Shown here in pieces: positions 20,199-27,738 of a stretch of 64,000 nucleotides of DNA. Positions within the stretch are counted from its first letter, which is position 1, and each line of letters begins with the position of its first letter. The stretch spans positions 225,021 through 289,020 of the forward strand of contig CAWBNQ010000008.1 in NCBI GenBank assembly GCA_963790205.1, in the 5' to 3' direction. The notes beneath the pieces are model-generated. The model saw only the letters and a list, made by a program, of their open reading frames with translations, was not told the origin of the DNA and made no database searches. A program made the translations under genes and the position numbers. The DNA comes from Nitrospirota bacterium. Its GTDB lineage: Bacteria > Nitrospirota > UBA9217.

Positions 20199-21269
20199 AT
20201 GAACATCGGAATTCAGATAAAACAGTGTGCACTCCTGAAGGTATTCGTATTCATTGTATACGTTTTTTTTACCGCATTTTCTGTTGGCGCGAGCGCTTAT
20301 GCGGCAACAGGGGATCAAGACCTTATCAATAAAGCAGGCCAGATTTTCGGCCCGTTGCCGCAATCAATGCCGACGGAGCAGAACCCGATCACTCCGGCAA
20401 AGGTAAAGCTGGGGAAAATGCTCTTTTATGAACTGCGGATATCGATAGACGGTACGGTGAGCTGTGCCAAGTGCCACCCCATCAGCCTGTATGCTGCAGA
20501 CGGATTGAAAAAGGCGAGGGGGAACAACTGCAAGGAAAATCCCCGGAATGCGCCGACCGTTTTCAACGCAGCCGCGCAGATTTCCGAACATTGGATCGGC
20601 AACAGGACCAGCGTGGAAGACCAGGCGAAACAAGCAGTGACCGGCCCTCCTGCCTTCGGCATGCCGTCCTATGAGTCCGTGGAAAATATCCTGAAAGGTA
20701 TGAAAGGGTATGTGACCCTGTTTCAAGATGCCTTCCCGGGAGAGAAAAACCCCGTGACGATCGATAATTTTGCGAAGGCGATCGGCGCCTTCGAACGCAC
20801 ACTGGTAACACTCGCACCGTTCGATGACTTCATGAAGGGGAATGCCGGAGCGATGACGGAGCAGCAGAAGAAGGGCCTGAAAACGTTCCTGGACACCGGG
20901 TGCATGACCTGCCATTTCAGCCCCTATGTGGGCGGTCAGATGTATCAGAAATTCGGCGTCTTCGAACCCTATATGAAGTACACTAAAAGTGAAAAAATAG
21001 ACGAAGGACGCTTCGCGGTCACAAAAAACGAGGCTGATAGGTACTTCTTCAAGGTGCCGGTGCTCAGGAACGTGGCCATGACCCCGCCGTACTTCCATGA
21101 CGGTTCCATAGATAAACTCGATCAGGCGGTATGGATCATGGCGAAGATCCAGCTCGGAAAAGATCTGACGAAAGAGGAGACAGGTGATATCACGGCATTC
21201 CTTTCATCATTGACCGGGCGGATTCCCGAAAACGCTATGACCGTGCCGATTTTACCGGCTATGGAGTAA
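20199..21269 (+). CDS. Di-heme cytochrome c peroxidase (CcpA/MauG family)
   Basis: LGKMLFYE.RIS..GTVSCAKCH, RNAPTVFNA, CMTCH, FKVPVLRNVAMTPPYFHDG. Confidence 0.92.
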   Translation: MNIGIQIKQCALLKVFVFIVYVFFTAFSVGASAYAATGDQDLINKAGQIFGPLPQSMPTEQNPITPAKVKLGKMLFYELRISIDGTVSCAKCHPISLYAADGLKKARGNNCKENPRNAPTVFNAAAQISEHWIGNRTSVEDQAKQAVTGPPAFGMPSYESVENILKGMKGYVTLFQDAFPGEKNPVTIDNFAKAIGAFERTLVTLAPFDDFMKGNAGAMTEQQKKGLKTFLDTGCMTCHFSPYVGGQMYQKFGVFEPYMKYTKSEKIDEGRFAVTKNEADRYFFKVPVLRNVAMTPPYFHDGSIDKLDQAVWIMAKIQLGKDLTKEETGDITAFLSSLTGRIPENAMTVPILPAME

Positions 21270-21332
21270 TACGGTATGCTATACTGATATAAAATGACTA
21301 TTCAAGCGAAGCCGATTTGAAAGGAGATTAAT

Positions 21333-21662
21333 ATGAAGAACATCATTGTTTCAGCGGCAGGAATAGCCCTCTGTGCCGGTGTCATTATTATTTTATATGG
21401 CGGCAATGTATCGGGTGCGAGCCCGTCCGGTGAGGAGTTGTTCAAGCAGAATTGCTCTGTCTGTCATGTAAACGGCGGCAATATTATCAACCCGCAGAAG
21501 ACGCTCCAAAAGAAGGACCGCGAAGCTAATAATATTAAAACGGTGAACGATATCATCAGAATCGTGAGAAATCCCGGGCCCGGCATGACGAAGTTCGATG
21601 AAAAGACCGTTTCGAACAAGGATGCTCATAAGATTGCCGAATATATTTTAAAAACGTTTTGA
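21333..21662 (+). CDS. Monoheme class I cytochrome c, c6-like
   Basis: Signal peptide; GEELFKQNCSVCH..GGNII.P.KTL; distal Met in PGPGMTKF. Confidence 0.8.
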   Translation: MKNIIVSAAGIALCAGVIIILYGGNVSGASPSGEELFKQNCSVCHVNGGNIINPQKTLQKKDREANNIKTVNDIIRIVRNPGPGMTKFDEKTVSNKDAHKIAEYILKTF

Positions 21663-21728
21663 CGGGTTTTAATCCGGGGCGTGCAAAGGATGCCGGTGCT
21701 TTTATAAAAGCTCTACATTATTTATTCT

Positions 21729-22142
21729 ATGCCGGAAACTCAATCGGAAGAGAACATACCAGCGGTCACCCGAAATCGCCGCGTCCATATGGCGAATGAG
21801 CGGACGTTTCTCGCCTGGATCAGGACGAGCATCGGGATCATGGCCTTCGGTTTCGTTGTCGAGCGCTTTGCGCTTTTCATGAAGCAACTGACATTCTTTC
21901 TGGGGAAGAACGAGGTGCCCTCTCATCTTCAGACCGGTCACAGCTACTCGTTGATATTCGGTATTTTCCTCGTCGGCCTTGGAGTGCTTATCTCCGTACT
22001 CGCCTTTGTCCGTTATAAAAGGACCCAACGACAGATAAACGAAGATTCTTTCAGTCCCTCTTCCGGTCTCGATCTCCTCGTTACGCTGTCGGTCGTTGGT
22101 ACGGGCCTGTTTTTAATTGGATTTCTTGTTCGCAGCCTATAA
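21729..22142 (+). CDS. DUF202/YidH-family membrane protein
   Basis: MANERTFLAWIRTSIGIMAFGFVVERF. Confidence 0.88.
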   Translation: MPETQSEENIPAVTRNRRVHMANERTFLAWIRTSIGIMAFGFVVERFALFMKQLTFFLGKNEVPSHLQTGHSYSLIFGIFLVGLGVLISVLAFVRYKRTQRQINEDSFSPSSGLDLLVTLSVVGTGLFLIGFLVRSL

Positions 22143-22421
22143 GCCGATGCGTCATGGATAAGGAGCCTGATTCGATCATGAGCGCTCTCATAAAAAAGAG
22201 GATCCCGTAATGGCCGTGACCGACACAGGCTTCTTTATGAGAGGCCATTTATAGATTCGGGGATTCAATGCGTGAGAAATGTAATACATCATCATGGAAG
22301 AAAGCTTCACTTTATAATAATGCACTAAATTGTTACAAATATCATTCGGTTCCGTTAAGTATTAAATTTAATAGTTTCTATATTTATTAATGATTAAGAT
22401 TATTTTATAGATTTATAATTT

Positions 22422-22450
22422 TTGACAAATGACATTTTCTATGCTAACTT
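22422..22450 (+). promoter_or_regulatory. Sigma70-type promoter for the hydrogenase operon, in an AT-rich region
   Basis: TTGACA-N17-TAACTT with an extended TG. Confidence 0.55.
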
Positions 22451-22569
22451 TTATACATTGTCACCATAGGTAACATCTTTCACAACAAGAACGGCTCCAC
22501 TCTTCATTAACATCTCAGGCTATTCCGAATAATATTTAGGTTTGTTCAAACTATTGAAGGAGGATGCTT

Positions 22570-23679
22570 ATGAGTAAGAAAGAAGAAGTGAGTAAGCAGT
22601 TTCTTGATGCATTGGAATTCCGTGGTGTCAAGCGAAGAGATTTTTTGAAGTTCTGCGGTGCAACAGCTGCCCTCCTCGGCCTCTCCGAATTATATGTCCC
22701 TCAAATCGCAGCAGCCTTAGAAAAAGCGTCCAAACGAACTCCGGTCATCTGGCTCAATTTCGCGTCCGATTCAGGCTGTACCGAAGCATTTATCAAGGCA
22801 ACCTATCCGAGCCCCGCTGAAGTCATTCTCGACATCCTGAGCGTCGACTACAACGAGACCATCATGGCCGCAGCCGGCAAACAAGCAGAGGAAATACTTG
22901 CATCGTCAGCCAAGGTCGGCGGCTATATTCTGGTCGTAGAAGGCGGCGTCCCGACCAAGAAGGGGCACGGCATGATCGGGAACAAGGAGATGCTCGATGT
23001 CCTGAAAGAAATGGCAGCTCCGGCCGTTGCCGTGCTGGCCATCGGCAGCTGCGCTACTGACGGCGGCGTACCGGCGGCAAAGCCGAATCCCTCTCAGATC
23101 ATCGGGACCGCCGAGGCGCTCAAAAGGGTCGGCATCGACAAGCCGCTCGTCAATCTTGACCTCTGCCCGGTGAACCCACAGTATCTCGTGGGCGTTGTTG
23201 TCAATTTCCTTCTTCTCGGAAAACTTCCTGATCTTGACAGCTTGGGGAGGCCCAAGATGTTCTATGGTCAGACCATCCACGACAACTGTGAACGTCGGGC
23301 GCACTTCGACGCGGGCAGATTTGTCGAGAAGTTCGGTTCCCAGGAAGAGGCCATGGGATATTGCCTGTACAAGATGGGCTGCAAGGGGCCGATGACCTAT
23401 TCTGCATGCCCGAAGATCCAGTACAACAATCGGACCAGCTGGTGCATCAAAGCCGGCGGTCCCTGCATCGGATGCGCCGAGCGCGGGTGGACGGACAAGT
23501 TTGCGGGGTTCTATGAGCCACTTCCTGGCGTTAAGATCCCCGGCCTGGGCGGCGTTGAAGCAGGCGCCGACAAACTCGGAGCTATTGCAGCTGCAGCCAC
23601 GGCTGTCGGTATCGCGGTCCATGCGGCGGCGACGGGTGCTTCCGGCAGGACTAAAGAAGAAAAGGGAGGTAAAAAATAA
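22570..23679 (+). CDS. [NiFe]-hydrogenase small subunit, Tat-exported with a C-terminal membrane anchor
   Basis: KRRDFLK twin-arginine motif; DSGC, GSCA, CPVNP; HDNC...CLYKMGCKGP...C...WC...CIGC; hydrophobic tail. Confidence 0.93.
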   Translation: MSKKEEVSKQFLDALEFRGVKRRDFLKFCGATAALLGLSELYVPQIAAALEKASKRTPVIWLNFASDSGCTEAFIKATYPSPAEVILDILSVDYNETIMAAAGKQAEEILASSAKVGGYILVVEGGVPTKKGHGMIGNKEMLDVLKEMAAPAVAVLAIGSCATDGGVPAAKPNPSQIIGTAEALKRVGIDKPLVNLDLCPVNPQYLVGVVVNFLLLGKLPDLDSLGRPKMFYGQTIHDNCERRAHFDAGRFVEKFGSQEEAMGYCLYKMGCKGPMTYSACPKIQYNNRTSWCIKAGGPCIGCAERGWTDKFAGFYEPLPGVKIPGLGGVEAGADKLGAIAAAATAVGIAVHAAATGASGRTKEEKGGKK

Positions 23680-25271
23680 TGGCCAGGATAACCATTGACC
23701 CGATGACAAGAATCGAAGGACATCTGAGGATCGACGTCGAGATCGAAGGTGGTATTGTCAAGGACGCATGGACAACGGGCACACTCTTCAGGGGATTTGA
23801 GATCATCCTGCATGGCAGGGACCCGCGCGACGCCTGGCATATCACGCAGCGGATCTGCGGCGTTTGTCCCACCTCTCATGGCCATGCCTCCTCGATGAGC
23901 ATGGATGACGCTTTCAAAGTGAAACCGCCGGACAACGGCCGCATCATTAGAAACATCATCGAAGGGGCCCAGTTCCTCCACTCCCATATTCTCTGGTTCT
24001 ATCACTTGAATGCCCTTGACTACGTTGATGTGGTTTCGGCGTTGAAAGCATCGCCCAAAGAGACGTCTTTAAAAAAAGTTCAAGCCAAATTGAAGTCCTT
24101 TGTTGATTCGGGCCAGCTCGGCCCCTTTGCGAATGCCTACTGGGGCCACCCTGCCTACAAGCTGCCTCCCGATGTGAACCTCCTGGCCGTGGCCCATTAT
24201 CTCGAAGCTCTTGAGATGCAGGCAAAAGCGGCCCAAGTGAGCGCGCTCTTCGGCGGCAGGATGCCGATGACCATGACGAGCCCTCCCGGCGGCGTAACCC
24301 ATGTGCCGACCGTAGACGATCTCAAGAACTACCTCTTTAGAGTAAAAGAGCTGCAGGCTTGGATCGACAGCGTGTTTATTGCCGACCTGTTGGCCATCGC
24401 TCCCTTCTACATCGGCGCGGCCGGCGTGGGCAAAGGGCCGGCGAATTTCCTCTCTTGGGGCGTTTTCGAGGATGCGTCTTTCGATCCCAAGAAACGGCTA
24501 CTTCCGCGAGGGGCGATCTTTGCCGCGGACTTCCCCAAGGTGCATGATGCGAAGCCGGAGGATGTTACCGAGGACACCACGCACGGCTGGTATAAGGACT
24601 CCAAGCCGCTCAACCCGGCTGTAGGCGTGACGGAACCGGAGTACACCGGCTACGACCCGAACAAAAAATATACCTGGGCCAAGGCCCCGCGGCTTCAGGG
24701 AAAGCCCATGGAGGTTGGTGCGCTGGCGCGGATGGTCGTTGCTTATGCAGCGGGCCAGCCTACAGCCAAGAAACTGATAGACTATACTCTTGGACAGATA
24801 GGACATTCAGGACACCCGGAGGTGCTTTTCGGCATCATCGGCAGGATCGCTGCCCGAGCACTGGAATGCAAGATGGTCGCGGACTCAATGTATCAGTGGG
24901 GCCTGGATATCATCGAGAACATCAAAAAGGGCGATGCAGCGGTCTACACGGAATATAAGATTCCCGATAAGGCCCAGGGGATCGGGCTCTGGGAAGCTCC
25001 GCGAGGCGCGCTGGGGCACTGGATAGACGTGAACGGGCAGAAGATCAAGAACTACCAGTGTGTCGTGCCCACGACCTGGAACGTCTGCCCAAGGGACGAC
25101 AAGGGTGTGCGCGGACCCATCGAACAAGCGCTTATCGGAACTCCGGTGCACGACGCCAACAAGCCGCTCGAGGTCTTGCGCGTGGTGCATTCCTTCGACC
25201 CATGCCTTGCCTGTACGGTGCATGTGATCCATCCCGAGTCGAACCGGATCATGGACTTCAAGGTCTCGTGA
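23679..25271 (+). CDS. [NiFe]-hydrogenase large subunit (group 1)
   Basis: DPMTRIEGH; L1 motif QRICGVC; EAPRGALGHW; L2 motif FDPCLACTVH followed by a cleavable tail. Confidence 0.96.
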   Translation: MARITIDPMTRIEGHLRIDVEIEGGIVKDAWTTGTLFRGFEIILHGRDPRDAWHITQRICGVCPTSHGHASSMSMDDAFKVKPPDNGRIIRNIIEGAQFLHSHILWFYHLNALDYVDVVSALKASPKETSLKKVQAKLKSFVDSGQLGPFANAYWGHPAYKLPPDVNLLAVAHYLEALEMQAKAAQVSALFGGRMPMTMTSPPGGVTHVPTVDDLKNYLFRVKELQAWIDSVFIADLLAIAPFYIGAAGVGKGPANFLSWGVFEDASFDPKKRLLPRGAIFAADFPKVHDAKPEDVTEDTTHGWYKDSKPLNPAVGVTEPEYTGYDPNKKYTWAKAPRLQGKPMEVGALARMVVAYAAGQPTAKKLIDYTLGQIGHSGHPEVLFGIIGRIAARALECKMVADSMYQWGLDIIENIKKGDAAVYTEYKIPDKAQGIGLWEAPRGALGHWIDVNGQKIKNYQCVVPTTWNVCPRDDKGVRGPIEQALIGTPVHDANKPLEVLRVVHSFDPCLACTVHVIHPESNRIMDFKVS

Positions 25272-25281
25272 GGAGGGCACA

Positions 25282-25923
25282 ATGACAAACGGAATGACAA
25301 AGGAATGGAGCAAGGGATACATTTTGGACCATTGGATCAGGGTCATCGCCATTGTGACGCTCATCTTCACCGGCCTCTATATCCACACGCCGTTCATCAA
25401 AGGCGGGCCGGAAAGCTTCATCATGGCCTGGATGCGGTTTTTCCATTTCGTTGCGGCCTATGCGCTCGTCCTGGGGCTCGTGGTGAGGGTCTACATGGCC
25501 TTTAAATCCACCTTCGACAGCGACTGGAAGGATTTCTCGGTCACCGAGAATCTGAAAAATGTTCCGGATATCCTGGGCTACTATCTCTTCATCAAGGGCT
25601 CGCACAAGGACTACCGTAAGTATAACCCGCTACAGGCGTTGTCCTATCTCTTTGTCGGGTTGGTGATCATTTTTACGGCTTTGACCGGGGGAGCCCTATA
25701 TCACGGCAGGGTCTTCCTGATCCTGCCGGCGCCGGGCGCTTTCCGGTGGGTGAGCAGCCTCCTCGGCGGAGAATCCTACACCAGGATATGGCATATTCTC
25801 GCCATGTGGTTCTTTATTATCTTCATGTTGATCCATGTTTACATGGCCTTTATGATAGGCTGGGTGAATAAGGATAAAACGTTCACTTCGATGTTTACCG
25901 GGTATAAGCTCAAAAAGCATTAA
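25282..25923 (+). CDS. Hydrogenase b-type cytochrome subunit
   Basis: HW....TG.YI, RFFHF, YNPLQ, RIWH...HVY heme-b His pattern. Confidence 0.9.
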   Translation: MTNGMTKEWSKGYILDHWIRVIAIVTLIFTGLYIHTPFIKGGPESFIMAWMRFFHFVAAYALVLGLVVRVYMAFKSTFDSDWKDFSVTENLKNVPDILGYYLFIKGSHKDYRKYNPLQALSYLFVGLVIIFTALTGGALYHGRVFLILPAPGAFRWVSSLLGGESYTRIWHILAMWFFIIFMLIHVYMAFMIGWVNKDKTFTSMFTGYKLKKH

Positions 25924-25924
25924 T

Positions 25925-26431
25925 ATGATGATAGACGAACAGCATCGGGGAGGCGTTTCGGCGCCTCCCCAACAAGTCCTCATACTCGGAGTCGGCAATC
26001 TGCTGCTCAAGGACGATGGTTTTGGCGTCCATCTCGTCAATTCCCTTAAAGACACCGTTTTCCCGGAAAACATCAAGGTGCTTGAAGCTGGAACGGTCAG
26101 CCATCAGCTGATCCCTCTGCTTCACGAGATTGATTTTCTCATCGTCGTCGACGTAGTAGAGGCAGGCGATACGCCCGGCTCCTTGTTCCGGTTCTCTCCG
26201 GGCGACATGAAATTTGCGTCGGAGCAGAAGGTATCTCTGCACCAGATAAGTCTTGTCGACGTTCTTCAAATGGCCGAGATGACCGGGCGTAAACCGCAGA
26301 CCGTGATCATCGGAGTACAGCCCAAGGACGTTTCCTCCTGGTCCCTGAAGCTGAGCGATGAGCTCAATGCGGTCATACCGAAGGTAAAGGAGTTGATATT
26401 CAAAGAACTAAAGAACATCAGTGCTCTTTGA
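25925..26431 (+). CDS. Hydrogenase maturation protease (HyaD/HybD family)
   Basis: LILGVGNLLLKDDGFGVH, LIVVD, SLHQISL. Confidence 0.92.
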   Translation: MMIDEQHRGGVSAPPQQVLILGVGNLLLKDDGFGVHLVNSLKDTVFPENIKVLEAGTVSHQLIPLLHEIDFLIVVDVVEAGDTPGSLFRFSPGDMKFASEQKVSLHQISLVDVLQMAEMTGRKPQTVIIGVQPKDVSSWSLKLSDELNAVIPKVKELIFKELKNISAL

Positions 26432-26554
26432 ACATAAGACACCTCCCACGTCAAGAAATATTCGCGCAACCGGACTTGACAGTGCCGTTCAGATGTGCGA
26501 TAAATAGCTTTAGAAAATCCGTCATTAGTCCTCAGGATTTGATCGGAACGTTCA

Positions 26555-27094
26555 ATGTGTTTGGCAATACCCTCGAAAATCATCAGCATAGACAACCTTT
26601 TTGCAACGATTGACGTGTTTGGGGCAAGAAAAGAAGTGAGCCTCATGCTCATGCCCGAAGAAACGCGGGTGGGGGACTACGTCCTTGTCCATGCTGGTTT
26701 TGCAATCCAAAAAGTAGACAAAGAGATCGTCGAATCGGGGAAATCCATGCATGAAACCGCGCTTGCACTCAGTATCCTTGATATTGTCGTTTCAAAATGC
26801 AGCGAGGCCGGCGGCCGCACGGTCGATTCGGTGCGGCTCCGCATCGGAAAGGCCGCTGGTGTCATGCCCGATGCCCTGGCGTTTGCCTTTGACGCGGCAA
26901 AAGCCACTACCGTTGCGGAACATGCCCACCTTGTTATAGAGCCCGTTCCCGTCGGCGGCGTCTGCAATGAATGCAAAAAAGAATTTTCCGTCGATGATGT
27001 CCAGTATGTGTTCGCCTGCCCGCTCTGCGGTGCCAGGTCCTTTGAAATAAAAAACGGCCGCGAGATGGAGATCGTGGATATGGAGATAAACTGA
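26555..27094 (+). CDS. HypC-HypA fusion protein
   Basis: N-terminal MCLAIP...VGDYVLVHAGFAI (HypC) in frame with MHE..LA..I...CNEC...CPLC..GREM (HypA, ATG at 26747). Confidence 0.8.
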   Translation: MCLAIPSKIISIDNLFATIDVFGARKEVSLMLMPEETRVGDYVLVHAGFAIQKVDKEIVESGKSMHETALALSILDIVVSKCSEAGGRTVDSVRLRIGKAAGVMPDALAFAFDAAKATTVAEHAHLVIEPVPVGGVCNECKKEFSVDDVQYVFACPLCGARSFEIKNGREMEIVDMEIN

Positions 27095-27738
27095 TGAAGG
27101 TCAAGGTCGTCACCCGCATACTCGAAGCCAATGACCGCATCGCGGAAGAGAATCGGAAAACATTCAAAGACGCCGGTGTCTACGTCGTGAACCTCATGGG
27201 CGCGCCCGGAGCAGGCAAGACCACGCTGCTCGAACGGACGATCCGCGAGCTTAAGCCGCATCTGAAGATCGGCGTGATAGAAGGGGACATCGTCGGGAGC
27301 GACGATGCCGAGCGGATCGGCGCTCTTGATGTACCCGTCGTGCAGATCAATACCGGCGGGGCGTGCCACCTTGATGCGAACATGATCAACGAAGTACTGA
27401 CCGAGCTTCCACTCGACGAGCTCGACCTGCTTATCATCGAGAACGTGGGGAACCTCGTCTGCCCCGCCGAATTCAAGGTCGGCGAGGACATGAAGATGAT
27501 GGTCCTCTCCATCGCCGAAGGGCATGATAAGCCGCTTAAATATCCGCTCATGTTCCGCGAGTCATCGGCCCTGGTCCTCAATAAGATAGACCTTCTGCCT
27601 TACATGAACACGGACATGAACAAAGTGCGAAACGACTCTCTGGCGCTTAATCCCCAGCTGAAAATATTCGAAGTCTCGTGCGCCACCGGCGACGGGATCG
27701 ACAAGTGGGCTCAATGGTTGAACGGGCTCAGATCATAG
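27094..27738 (+). CDS. hypB: Hydrogenase nickel incorporation GTPase
   Basis: GAPGAGKT, IEGD, TGGACHLDA, ENVGNLVCPA, DKPLKYP, NKIDL. Confidence 0.95.
   Translation: MKVKVVTRILEANDRIAEENRKTFKDAGVYVVNLMGAPGAGKTTLLERTIRELKPHLKIGVIEGDIVGSDDAERIGALDVPVVQINTGGACHLDANMINEVLTELPLDELDLLIIENVGNLVCPAEFKVGEDMKMMVLSIAEGHDKPLKYPLMFRESSALVLNKIDLLPYMNTDMNKVRNDSLALNPQLKIFEVSCATGDGIDKWAQWLNGLRS

Noticed and set aside
25195..25225. Possible [NiFeSe] hydrogenase
   Set aside because: The L2 motif is encoded CCA-TGC-CTT-GCC-TGT (PCLAC), with no in-frame TGA.
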